Source: Gemmatimonadota bacterium
GTDB lineage: Bacteria; Orphanbacterota; Orphanbacteria; Orphanbacterales; Orphanbacteraceae
DNA: 53,493 bases
NCBI GenBank assembly: GCA_020061515.1
Contig: JAGUYC010000066.1
Coordinates: 1-53,493 of the forward strand
Direction of reading: 5' to 3'
Below the pieces are notes generated by a model that was given only the letters and a program-made list of their open reading frames with translations, made no database searches and was not told where the DNA came from. Positions within the stretch are counted from its first letter, which is position 1, and each line of letters opens with the position of its first letter. This document shows, in pieces, positions 42,785 to 51,733 of this stretch. The translations under genes and the position numbers were made by a program.

Positions 42785-43306
42785 ATGAACCATCGATGGC
42801 TTCGCACCGTGTTCGCATCGGTCGTGTTTCTCCTCGCGGTCTTTTTCACCGCCGGGTGCGGCGGAAAGGACTCGGGAGAAAAAGCCGCTGAGAAGATGGC
42901 CGAGAAGATGCTCGAGCGGTCGAGCGGCGGAAAGGCCGACGTCGACTACGACCGGGGAAAGCTCACGGTGAAAACGAAAGACTACGAAACCGAGTCGGTC
43001 GAGGCGGCCGATTGGCCGAGCGATCTCCCGGGCGTTCCCCGCTTCGCGTACGGCAAGGTCGAACGCGTCTCCCGCTCGGAAAGCAAAGCCGACGGCGCGC
43101 GGAGTCACAGCGTCTGGCTCCGCGATGTCGATACCGACGCGGCGGCGAAGTACGAGGCGGATCTCGAGAAGGCGGGTTGGGAGACGATGCTCGTTGAGAT
43201 GGGAGATCAGGGCGCGATGGTGACCGGTCAACGAGAGGGCCTCATCATCCACCTCATGCACTCGAAGGAGGAGAAGCGCGGAAACCTGACGGTGACCGCG
43301 GAGTAG
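42785..43306 (+). CDS. Hypothetical lipoprotein
   Basis: GGAAAGGTG RBS; lipobox TAGC; EKAAEKMAEK; WPSDLP motif. Confidence 0.75.
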   Translation: MNHRWLRTVFASVVFLLAVFFTAGCGGKDSGEKAAEKMAEKMLERSSGGKADVDYDRGKLTVKTKDYETESVEAADWPSDLPGVPRFAYGKVERVSRSESKADGARSHSVWLRDVDTDAAAKYEADLEKAGWETMLVEMGDQGAMVTGQREGLIIHLMHSKEEKRGNLTVTAE

Positions 43307-43428
43307 AAACCGTTCCGGCGGCGGAGCGGGGAGCGCGCATCCGGCGCGCGCGCCCCCCTCGATCCGGACCGATCCGCGCGAACTCGCCTCGGGGCGAGAG
43401 GACGGCCGTTCGCTCTCTCGCGCGGCGG

Positions 43429-45156
43429 TCAGCGCACGAGCGAGATCCGCTTCGACTCGGACGCGGTGCCCGAGACCATTCGAACGAAGTAGACGCCGGG
43501 CGCCGCGTCGCGTCCGGCGTCGTCCCGCCCGTCCCACGCGACCGACGAGCCGGCGAGCTTCCCTCGCGCGACCAGATTCCGCACGTGGCGGCCTGCGACG
43601 TCGTACACGTCGATCGATACGGGGCGGCCGGCGGGCGCCGCGAAGCGGATGTTCGCTTCGCCCGGCTCAAACGGGTTCGGCGAGACGGAAAGGAGCGGCT
43701 CGGAGGTCGGAGGCGACCCGTTCGGCGCCGGGCTTGCCACGCCGGTCAAGCTCGGGAACGCGACCACGACGAAATAGCCCTCCAGCACGAGACGGCCGCC
43801 GGGAGCTCCTCTCTCGCGCGCATCGATCTCGTCCCCGACGAGCCCGCGCGCTTCGGAACGAAGCGCGCGCGTCGGCTCGCTCGGCTCGGAGGGCGTTCCG
43901 GCGATCGCGGTCGGCGGGGAGTCGAAATCCGCCGTGAAGTAGACGCGAACGCTCCCGTCCACCGGATCGCGATCGCTGAGCGTGAGCGCGCTGATCCCGG
44001 TGAAGTCGGTCAGGGCCGTTCCGGCATCCGCGAGGCCATCGCCGTTCACGTCGACCGGGTCTCCCTCGCGCACGAGCAGCTGCTCGTCGAGGTAGAGCGC
44101 CTCGATCGCGCCTCCTTGGATGTCCCAGATGAACGCGACATCGCCTTCCGCGTTCATGTACGCCCCTTCGATCGCCCCCGCGAGGACCTCGCCGTCCAAG
44201 ACGTCCCCTTCGCGATAGACGATCCGGCCGTCGATCACGACGATCTCGTCGAGCGCGACGTCTGCGTTCGTGTCGCCGGTGAACATCCATCGCCCGGCGT
44301 CCGTGATCCCCATGAAGTCGAAATTGTCCCAGAGCTCGTTCGGCAATCCCCCCGCCGACGCCGGAACCGGTCCGTTCTCGCTGACCGGAAGGCCGTCGAC
44401 CACGACCACCGCTCCGTCAATCACCACATGGTCGTCGTTCAGCGTCGATCCGGTCACCGTTTGGACGTTGGCGATGAAGTGGTTTCCGCTCGCGGAGAAG
44501 CGGTAGTCGAAGGTGGGCGAATTGTGCCCGAGCGTGTCGGGGAGTCCGACGATGGACCCGCCTCCGAGAAGGAGCGGCGTCGCTCCGAAACCGTAGAAGA
44601 GCCCTCGGTTCTGCGTGCTCCCGCCGGGCGTGCTCGTGATCCCGCCAACGAAGTGCGGAACACCCGCCGCCGTCGCGCCGGGCCGGCTCCCAAAGCTCCA
44701 GTACTTTCCCGCGAGGTGCGGGTAGGGTTCGCGCTCGATCATCACCTTCGTATCGTCGAGATAGACCGCGTCGAGAGACGTAAACCCGTTCACCGTGTCG
44801 TCGCAGATCGGGCTGTAGGCGACCTCGAGCGCGTTCGAGATCCCGAAGAACGTCTCGAACGAATTCTGCCTGTACTGCTCGATCGATGTCTCGGTCCGAA
44901 GCACCGTTCCGGCGCCCGGGAAGTTCCCTCCCCACGCATGGCTCCGCGTGACGAGACCGTCCGTCGAGTTCACCGTGACGGCATACCCCGTGCCGTGGCT
45001 CACCGCCGTGTTGTTCAGCGATTGGATCGTGTGGCCGGGCGGGGCCCCGGGAAGCGTTCCTCCCTCCAGAAGAAGAGCGGTGGGGACCTCGGCGCGCGCC
45101 GGATGGATGGAAGGGAGCAAGAGAAAGAGAGCGGCGATTGGAAGGCGAGACCTCAC
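43429..45156 (-). CDS. Secreted protein with FlgD-like Ig C-terminal domain
   Basis: GGAGG RBS then GTG; signal peptide ending ARA; C-terminal TGV...PNPF...VYDVAGRHVR...WDGRDDAG...PGVYF. Confidence 0.8.
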   Translation of the reverse strand: MRSRLPIAALFLLLPSIHPARAEVPTALLLEGGTLPGAPPGHTIQSLNNTAVSHGTGYAVTVNSTDGLVTRSHAWGGNFPGAGTVLRTETSIEQYRQNSFETFFGISNALEVAYSPICDDTVNGFTSLDAVYLDDTKVMIEREPYPHLAGKYWSFGSRPGATAAGVPHFVGGITSTPGGSTQNRGLFYGFGATPLLLGGGSIVGLPDTLGHNSPTFDYRFSASGNHFIANVQTVTGSTLNDDHVVIDGAVVVVDGLPVSENGPVPASAGGLPNELWDNFDFMGITDAGRWMFTGDTNADVALDEIVVIDGRIVYREGDVLDGEVLAGAIEGAYMNAEGDVAFIWDIQGGAIEALYLDEQLLVREGDPVDVNGDGLADAGTALTDFTGISALTLSDRDPVDGSVRVYFTADFDSPPTAIAGTPSEPSEPTRALRSEARGLVGDEIDARERGAPGGRLVLEGYFVVVAFPSLTGVASPAPNGSPPTSEPLLSVSPNPFEPGEANIRFAAPAGRPVSIDVYDVAGRHVRNLVARGKLAGSSVAWDGRDDAGRDAAPGVYFVRMVSGTASESKRISLVR

Positions 45157-45375
45157 AGCGGCACCTCCTGGGGCAAACGGCGTAGGCTTTCGGCCAAAGA
45201 AGCGTATCGGCATATCGATCGTACTCGCGCGAGGGTTCTCGAGTCAAAGGAAACGTTTCGAAGCAGAAGGATCGCGCGGAGCGGCCCGCGGGCTCTCCTT
45301 CCAATCGGCAAATGGCATCCGTTCCCATCCGCGCGCGGATGGCCGGGCCGGTCGCCGCGTGCTAGACTTCCTTTC

Positions 45376-46437
45376 ATGCGCATTACCCGCATCGAGGCGT
45401 GGCCGGTCGCGATGAAGCTCGCCGTGCCGTACGCGATCGCGTACGAGACGGTCGAGACGGCGACCAACGTTTTCTTGAGGATTGAAACGAACGTGGGGGT
45501 GACCGGGTTCGGCTGCGCGGCGCCCGATCTCCCCGTGACCGGAGAGACGCCGGAGGACGTGCTCGAGGCGATCCGCACGATCGGCGAGGAGACGCTCAAG
45601 GGGACCGATCCGCTCCGGACGATCAAGTTGATCGAGATGCTCCGGCCGCACCTCGCTGCGAAGCGCTCGACGCTCGCTTGCATCGACATGGCGCTCCACG
45701 ACATCCTCGGGAAGAGCGCGGGGATGCCCCTTTGGAAGCTTCTCGGCGGCTTCCGAAGGAGCTTCCCCACGAGCATCACGATCGGGATTCTCCCGCTCGA
45801 GGAGACGGTGGCGAGGGCGTGCGAGTACGTGGGCCGCGGGTTTCGCTCGCTGAAGATCAAGGGCGGAGTGTCCGTCGATGAGGACGCGGAGCGGGTGCTC
45901 AAAGTGCGAGAGGCGGTCGGCCCGAAGATCGAGCTCCGCTTCGACGCGAACCAGGGGTACACGGTGGAGGGCTCGCTCCGCTTCGTCGAGAGCGCGCGAA
46001 AGGCGAAGCTCGAGCTGATCGAGCAGCCGACGCCGAAGGGCGAACCGGATCTTCTTGGGCATGTGACGAGCCGCGTGGCGCTCCCGATCATGGCGGACGA
46101 ATCGCTCCGCACGCTCCGCGATGCGTTCCGCCTCGCCCGGCGGGATCTCGTCGACATGGTGAACGTGAAGCTGATGAAGGTGGGCGGGATCGGCGAGGCG
46201 CTCCTCATCAACGCGGTCGCGCGCGCCGCGCGGCTCGAGGTGATGGTCGGATGCCTCGACGAGTCGGCGCTCGGAATCGCCGCGGGCCTCCACTTCGCGC
46301 TCGCGCGGCCGAACGTCGCCTACTGCGACCTCGACGGCCACCTCGACCTCGTCGACGACCCCGCCGACGGCGCGGTGATCCTCAAGGACGGGGTCCTCTA
46401 CCCGACCGACAAGCCCGGCCTCGGCTTCGATCTTTGA
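45376..46437 (+). CDS. Enolase-superfamily dipeptide epimerase / N-acyl amino acid racemase (DgcA-like)
   Basis: KIK, DANQG, EQP, ADES, NVKLMKVGG, DLDG motifs. Confidence 0.9.
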   Translation: MRITRIEAWPVAMKLAVPYAIAYETVETATNVFLRIETNVGVTGFGCAAPDLPVTGETPEDVLEAIRTIGEETLKGTDPLRTIKLIEMLRPHLAAKRSTLACIDMALHDILGKSAGMPLWKLLGGFRRSFPTSITIGILPLEETVARACEYVGRGFRSLKIKGGVSVDEDAERVLKVREAVGPKIELRFDANQGYTVEGSLRFVESARKAKLELIEQPTPKGEPDLLGHVTSRVALPIMADESLRTLRDAFRLARRDLVDMVNVKLMKVGGIGEALLINAVARAARLEVMVGCLDESALGIAAGLHFALARPNVAYCDLDGHLDLVDDPADGAVILKDGVLYPTDKPGLGFDL

Positions 46438-46447
46438 GATGTACTTG

Positions 46448-46600
46448 AGATGTACCAGGTACGTTCGGATCTACCAGGTACACGAATCCGGTACACGAAC
46501 CCGACCACACCCTGGGCACTCGCGCAGCCCGAAAACCCGCAACCCTCGAGCGCACCGTCCGTGAATCAGGGCATGATACTTGCGGGTTGTACCGGGTACA
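46448..46600. repeat. Left cluster of TGTACCWGGTACA-type palindromic REP-like repeats
   Basis: Copies at 46451-46462, 46472-46482 and 46588-46600. Confidence 0.75.
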
Positions 46601-46615
46601 GGAGGGTGGGGCGCG

Positions 46616-47167
46616 ATGGCGCGAACGCCTCGAATCGTGATCCCCGGAGTCCCGCACCACGTCTCGCAGCGAGGGAGTCAGGGACAGCATGTGTTCGACA
46701 CCGACGAAGACCGGGTTCTTTACCTCGACCTCCTTCACAGATACGCCAACATGCACGGTCTCGGGATATGGGCATACTGCTTGATGGCGAACCACGTCCA
46801 CTTGGTCGCCGTCCCTCAGGACGCCCAATCGATCGCTCTCTGTCTTCACGGCGCGCATCGTCTCCACGCCCTCCGGCGAAACCGGCGGGCCGGCGTGACC
46901 GGACATGTCTGGCAGGGTCACTACTATTCGTGCGGACTCGACGATCGGCATCTGTGGGCGGCCGTGCGGTATGTCGAACGGAATCCAGTCCGCGCCGGGA
47001 TCGTCGCCCGCGCCGAAGACTACCCGTGGTCCAGCGCGGCCGCGCACTGCGGGTCACGCGCGAACTTGCTTCTTGCGAACGATTTTCCGCCTTCGCACGA
47101 CGTCCGGGACTGGGCCGCGTGGCTCGCCGAGCCGGACGACGAAGCCCCGGTCGCCGCGATCCGGTGA
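46616..47167 (+). CDS. RAYT (REP-associated tyrosine transposase), probably C-terminally truncated
   Basis: MARTPRIVIPGVPHHVSQRG, AYCLMANHVHL, GHVWQGHY, YVERNPVRAG, YPWSS. Confidence 0.88.
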   Translation: MARTPRIVIPGVPHHVSQRGSQGQHVFDTDEDRVLYLDLLHRYANMHGLGIWAYCLMANHVHLVAVPQDAQSIALCLHGAHRLHALRRNRRAGVTGHVWQGHYYSCGLDDRHLWAAVRYVERNPVRAGIVARAEDYPWSSAAAHCGSRANLLLANDFPPSHDVRDWAAWLAEPDDEAPVAAIR

Positions 47168-47191
47168 GCCCGTGCAACCCTCGTCCGACCC

Positions 47192-47253
47192 TGTACCAGG
47201 CACAGACGATCCGTAGATGTACCAGGTACAGCCCGTGAAGTGTACCTGGTACA
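47192..47253. repeat. Right cluster of TGTACCWGGTACA palindromic REP-like repeats
   Basis: Copies at 47192-47204, 47218-47230 and 47241-47253. Confidence 0.8.
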
Positions 47254-47263
47254 GATTACTCGA

Positions 47264-47977
47264 TCACGGCTGTCCGTCGGCGTCGCTCCGATTCCCCAAT
47301 CGGCTCTCGAGCTCCTGAACCCGGTCGAGAAGGATCTCGAGCACGCGGACGTCGTGATCGCCACGGCTCTCGGTGAGATCCACCTTCACCGCCTCCTCGC
47401 CGTCCGGCCTTCCGCGCCCGAGGATGCGCGCGGCGATTCCGATCACGGTCGCCCCGGGCGGAACGTCCTTCACGACGACCGCGCCGGCGCCGATCCGCGC
47501 GTTCTCCCCGACGCGGAGCGCGCCGAGCACCTTCGCGCCCGCGCCGACGATGACTCCTCGCTCGAGCGTGGGATGGCGCTTCTTCTTCTCGAGGCTCGTG
47601 CCGCCGAGGGTCACCCCTTGATAGAGAACGACGTCATCGCCGATCTCGGCCGTCTCTCCGATCACGACGCCCATTCCGTGATCGATGAAGAAACGCCTCC
47701 CGACGACCGCACCCGGATGGATCTCGATCCCGGTAAGCGCGCGGCTCGCGTGGCTGAGGAGCCGTGCCGCGAAGCGCAGCCTCCACGTCCAGAGCCGGTG
47801 CGCGAGGCGATGCATCCAGATCGCGTGAAGACCCGGGTAGCAGAAGAGCACCTCGAGAGCGCTCCGCGCCGCGGGATCCTTTTCGAAGACCGTTCGAATA
47901 TCCTCGAGAGGACGGTCGAACGGTTTCGGCCATTCTTTCGCGCGCACCGCCGGCGCCGCTTCCACATGCTCCGCCAT
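47264..47977 (-). CDS. cysE: Serine O-acetyltransferase
   Basis: [42 protein letters not shown]. Confidence 0.96.
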   Translation of the reverse strand: MAEHVEAAPAVRAKEWPKPFDRPLEDIRTVFEKDPAARSALEVLFCYPGLHAIWMHRLAHRLWTWRLRFAARLLSHASRALTGIEIHPGAVVGRRFFIDHGMGVVIGETAEIGDDVVLYQGVTLGGTSLEKKKRHPTLERGVIVGAGAKVLGALRVGENARIGAGAVVVKDVPPGATVIGIAARILGRGRPDGEEAVKVDLTESRGDHDVRVLEILLDRVQELESRLGNRSDADGQP

Positions 47978-47981
47978 CTCC

Positions 47982-48941
47982 CTACTCCTTTCGCGCCGCG
48001 GGCGCTGCCTTCGCGACATCGAGAAGCGCCGTCGAAAGATACCGCTCCCCCGTGTCCGGAAAGATCGCGACGAGGAGCTTCCCCGCGTTTTCCCGACGCC
48101 TCGCGACCTCGAGCGCCGCGACGAGCGCCGCTCCGCACGAGATCCCGGCGAGGATCCCCTCCTCGCGCGCGATCCGGCGAGCCGCCGCGAACGCCTCGTC
48201 GCTTGATACCTGAATGATCTCGTCGATCACGCTTGGGTTCAGGATCTTCGGGACGAACCCGGCCCCGATCCCCTGGATCTTGTGCGGAGCCGGCTTTCCG
48301 CCCGACAACACCGGGGACTCCCTCGGCTCGACCGCCACGAGGCGGAGCGAAGGACGCCGCGGCTTCAGAACCTCTCCGCATCCGGTGATCGTCCCGCCCG
48401 TTCCGATCCCGGAGACGAGGATGTCGACCCTGCCGTCGGTGTCGGCCCAGATCTCCTCAGCGGTCGTCTCGCAATGGATCGCGGGGTTCGCCGAGTTCTC
48501 GAACTGTTGAGGGATATACGATTGAGGTGTTTCCGCGGCGACCTCCCGTGCCCGTTCGACCGCGCCGGTCATCCCCTTCTCGCCGGGGGTGAGGATCACC
48601 TCCGCGCCGAAAAGCCGGAGTAGGTTTCGCCGCTCAAGGCTCACGGTCTCGGGCATCGTCACGATGAGGCGATACCCCCTCGCCGCCGCCACGAACGCGA
48701 GGGCGATCCCGGTGTTTCCGCTCGTCGGCTCGACGAGCACCGTCACCCCGGGGCGGATCAGTCCCTCGCGCTCCGCCGCGTCGATCATGCTCACGCCGAT
48801 CCGGTCCTTCACGCTCGAGAGCGGGTTGAACGACTCGAGCTTCGCGACGATCCGCGCGCCTCCCTTCGGCGACAGACGCCGAAGCTCGACGAGGGGCGTA
48901 CGCCCGATGGTTTTCGTGATGTCCGAATAGATGGTTCCCAT
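47982..48941 (-). CDS. cysK: Cysteine synthase A
   Basis: [49 protein letters not shown]. Confidence 0.97.
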   Translation of the reverse strand: MGTIYSDITKTIGRTPLVELRRLSPKGGARIVAKLESFNPLSSVKDRIGVSMIDAAEREGLIRPGVTVLVEPTSGNTGIALAFVAAARGYRLIVTMPETVSLERRNLLRLFGAEVILTPGEKGMTGAVERAREVAAETPQSYIPQQFENSANPAIHCETTAEEIWADTDGRVDILVSGIGTGGTITGCGEVLKPRRPSLRLVAVEPRESPVLSGGKPAPHKIQGIGAGFVPKILNPSVIDEIIQVSSDEAFAAARRIAREEGILAGISCGAALVAALEVARRRENAGKLLVAIFPDTGERYLSTALLDVAKAAPAARKE

Positions 48942-49014
48942 GCCAAGAGTTCCTTCCGATGGCTCCCCGCGGCGACGCTTCGCGCGGCCGCCGCCGGAAA
49001 CCGGTGCCGGGGAC

Positions 49015-49045
49015 GAGAAAACCCGCCGGCGCGCTGCCGACGGGT
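49015..49045 (-). terminator. Attenuator terminator hairpin in the cysK leader
   Basis: ACCCGUCGGC-AGCGC-GCCGGCGGGU then UUUCUC, lying between the leader peptide stop and the cysK start. Confidence 0.78.
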
Positions 49046-49083
49046 GGAAGTCTCGATCCGGTTCGGCGATCGGAAACGATGGA

Positions 49084-49164
49084 CTAGATCGAGGCCCTCC
49101 CTCCCGCGGCGCGCGCGCGACAACAACAACAGCAGCAGCCAATCCCGCGGGCGAAGGTTCTCAT
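49084..49164 (-). CDS. Cysteine-rich leader peptide [26 protein letters not shown]
   Basis: GAGG SD 6 nt before ATG; TGC TGC TGT TGT TGT TGT; TAG at 49086-49084; directly upstream of cysK-cysE. Confidence 0.88.
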   Translation of the reverse strand: MRTFARGIGCCCCCCRARAAGGRASI

Positions 49165-49210
49165 TCCGTTCCTCGAATCCGGCCGAACGACCGACCGTGT
49201 TTGTTGGTGA

Positions 49211-49239
49211 AGTATAGCGTGAAAGCCCGCGCGCGTCAA
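49211..49239 (-). promoter_or_regulatory. Sigma70 promoter of the leader-cysK-cysE operon
   Basis: TTGACG (49239-49234), 17 nt, TATACT (49216-49211). Confidence 0.8.
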
Positions 49240-49267
49240 ACGACTCCTCGATGCGCCGGCCGGATCC

Positions 49268-50575
49268 TCACGTTCTCGCGAGGAAGGTCACCGTCTCGAC
49301 GTGCGGCGTTTGCGGGAACATGTCGACGAGAAGCACGCGCTCGATCCCGTATCCCTCCGCCTCGAGCAGGCGCGCGTCGCGCGCGAGGGTCGCCGGATCG
49401 CAGCTCACGAGGTCGATCCGCCGCGGGCGGAGACGCCCGAGGTCGCGGACCACGGAAGCCCCGAGCCCCGTCCGCGGCGGATCGGCGACGACCTCCGCTC
49501 CCTCGGAGTCTCCGAACGGAAGCCCGCTCTCCGCCCATCCGGAGAGGACCTTCTCGACGAGACCCGGGACGACGGTTCCTCTCTTCGCGACGTCCGGATC
49601 CCGCGCGAGGTTCGCGCGCGCGTCCCGAACCGCGCCGCGATCGCTCTCGACCGTCACCACCCTCTCGAAGCGATCCCCGAGCGCCGCGGCGAAAAGGCCG
49701 ACCCCGCCGTAGAGATCGAGGAGAAGAGGCCCGCTCCGGTCCGCGGATCGGCCGCGCTCTTCCATCCGCGCGCCGAGCCGGCGGACGAGCGCCTCGGTCT
49801 CCGCAAGGTTCACCTGAAAGAAGCTGTGCGCGTGCGCGCGGAACATGCGCCCGGCGAGCGGGATCTCCAGATTCTCCTCTCCCCACACCACCCTCCCGCT
49901 CACGAGAAGGCCGAGGCAGGAGGGCGGAACGCGGATCCCTCCGATCCTCGCGAGAACGCGTTCGGCGAACGAGGCGGGCTTTTCCTTCACTCCGGAGAGA
50001 TCGGCGAGGAAGCCGCCCCTCCCGTCGAGCCGGACGAGCGCCTGCGGAGCGCGCGGGAGATCGAGAAGGAACGGGAGCGCTTCGCGGTTGAACACTTCGG
50101 GCATCAGAAGGCTTCGGTCGAGCGGAATGACCTCGTGCGTCCCGCGGCGGTGCATTCCGTATCGCCCGCCGGACCCGAGATGCAGAAGAATCTTGTTCCG
50201 GTATCCCCAGGCGGGACCGGCCGGCTCCGGACCCGTCAGCCGCTCCCCGAGATCGATGCGCGCGATCCGCGCGAAGCAGTCGCGCACGATCTCCCGCTTC
50301 GCCGCCCGCTGCGCGGAGAGCTTCATGTAGAAAAGATCGGCCCCCGCGAGCGCGCCGGGCGACGCATCCGGAGGATCTTCCCGATCCGGCGAGGCATCGA
50401 GGATCTCGACGAGCGCAGCCTCGATGAACCCCTTCGCGCGCCGGACGACCCTCACCCGCACGCGCTCCCCCGGCAGCGCCCCGCGGACGAACACCACCTC
50501 CCCGTCCATCCGCCCCATCCCGGCGCCGCCGGTCACGAGCTTCTCAATCGTCGTTTCGAGGACTTCGCCGTGCAT
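49268..50575 (-). CDS. TRAM-domain RNA m5U methyltransferase (RlmD/TrmA family)
   Basis: FVRGALPGE, YRNK, SFFQVN, DLYGGVG, DPPRTG, VSCDPATLARD, DMFPQTPHVE. Confidence 0.9.
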   Translation of the reverse strand: MHGEVLETTIEKLVTGGAGMGRMDGEVVFVRGALPGERVRVRVVRRAKGFIEAALVEILDASPDREDPPDASPGALAGADLFYMKLSAQRAAKREIVRDCFARIARIDLGERLTGPEPAGPAWGYRNKILLHLGSGGRYGMHRRGTHEVIPLDRSLLMPEVFNREALPFLLDLPRAPQALVRLDGRGGFLADLSGVKEKPASFAERVLARIGGIRVPPSCLGLLVSGRVVWGEENLEIPLAGRMFRAHAHSFFQVNLAETEALVRRLGARMEERGRSADRSGPLLLDLYGGVGLFAAALGDRFERVVTVESDRGAVRDARANLARDPDVAKRGTVVPGLVEKVLSGWAESGLPFGDSEGAEVVADPPRTGLGASVVRDLGRLRPRRIDLVSCDPATLARDARLLEAEGYGIERVLLVDMFPQTPHVETVTFLART

Positions 50576-50635
50576 AAGCAGAAACGCCCGGTGCCGAATC
50601 GCGAATCGGGCCGGGCGCGAAGGGAGTGCGGGCTC

Positions 50636-50869
50636 CTACCAATCGAGGATCAAGTTCGTGGTGGTCCCCTGGATCCCCTCGATCGCCCGAATCTTGCTCA
50701 CCACCAGGTCGAGAATCGAATCGACCGAACCGCTTTCGACGAGACAAATGATATCCTGCTCGCCGGCCGTGATGTCGGCGCTCAGGACCTCGGGAACCTG
50801 ACGAAGGCGGTTGCGGACGTCCACCTCGCGCCCGACGTCGGTGTTGATGCGAAGATACGCCTTGGCCAT
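50636..50869 (-). CDS. Stand-alone Lrp/AsnC ligand-binding domain protein
   Basis: KAYLRINT...TAGEQDII...IRAIEGIQGTTT; AGGAG RBS. Confidence 0.8.
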   Translation of the reverse strand: MAKAYLRINTDVGREVDVRNRLRQVPEVLSADITAGEQDIICLVESGSVDSILDLVVSKIRAIEGIQGTTTNLILDW

Positions 50870-50920
50870 TGCCGCTCCTTCTCGGTTCGCCCCCGCGCGC
50901 CGGCGCGAAGAGCCCTCCGT

Positions 50921-51493
50921 CTAGTAGAACACGATCTTCCGCAGCGTCTGCAGCTCGTCTCCAGTCACCAGGAAGGAACCGCCCTCCTGCAGCTCGCCGC
51001 CGATCTGGTTGATGCGAACGATGAACTCGATCGTCTCGCCGTCGGTCTTCCGGATCTCCGTGCGGAAGGTGTAGTCGAGATCCTTGTCCTCGATCATGTC
51101 GTACTTGTGCGAAGCCGAAAGCGCCTCGGAAGCTCCGATCCTTCCGAGAACGCGAAGCTGCTTGATGAAGCGCTTCTTGATCTCGTAGCGGGTGTTGAGG
51201 AAGTACCCGACCAGGGCCTCGCTCGATCCGAAGCCGTGCCCGGTGTTGAAACGGATATTTCTTACATAATACGTATCGATATCGGTTGTAACGATTCCGT
51301 TCTTATTGACTTGAAGCGTTTCGAGGAAGGGAGAGTCGGATTCCGTTTCCTGGGCCGCCTCCCGATCGCGCTCCCGGCCTTCCGAGCGCGCCTTCGCGTC
51401 GGCGTCCCCGAGCCGAGGCGCTCCGGCGCAGGCCGCGAGAAGAAGGAAAAGGAACAGAAGGGGAAATGGGCTTCGCCTGATCGCCGTGGACAC
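50921..51493 (-). CDS. Hypothetical lipoprotein
   Basis: Lipobox LAAC; GGAGG RBS before GTG. Confidence 0.7.
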   Translation of the reverse strand: MSTAIRRSPFPLLFLFLLLAACAGAPRLGDADAKARSEGRERDREAAQETESDSPFLETLQVNKNGIVTTDIDTYYVRNIRFNTGHGFGSSEALVGYFLNTRYEIKKRFIKQLRVLGRIGASEALSASHKYDMIEDKDLDYTFRTEIRKTDGETIEFIVRINQIGGELQEGGSFLVTGDELQTLRKIVFY

Positions 51494-51733
51494 GTGGCAC
51501 CTCCTCGAAGGCGGACCTCGGAGCGACCGACCGCCTTCATGCTACCGGGCCGGCGCGGCGCGCGTCAAGAAGCATCGGGTCAACGATCCGGCCCCCGCAT
51601 CCCCTCGACGCAGGGCCGGAAGAGGTCGAAGATCCCGGCGATGCTCCCTCCCGACCTCCGCTCTTTTCGAGTGGCCGCGCGATGGGCCTCAGGCTAAGTT
51701 AATGCATGAGCCCCGCATGGTAGGGAGAGCCGC

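Noticed and set aside
43585-45375. 950-aa ORF suggesting a large N-terminal fusion on the epimerase
   Set aside because: The upstream part is the antisense of the FlgD-domain gene; the family match begins at ATG 45376
47162-47180. TGA readthrough (selenocysteine or recoding) in the RAYT gene
   Set aside because: No SECIS-like hairpin, the downstream sequence runs into repeats, and other genes use TGA as a normal stop
46440-47260. Possible CRISPR array from the GTACCAGGTAC repeats
   Set aside because: Repeats are only 11-15 bp, irregularly spaced, flank a RAYT, and no cas genes are present
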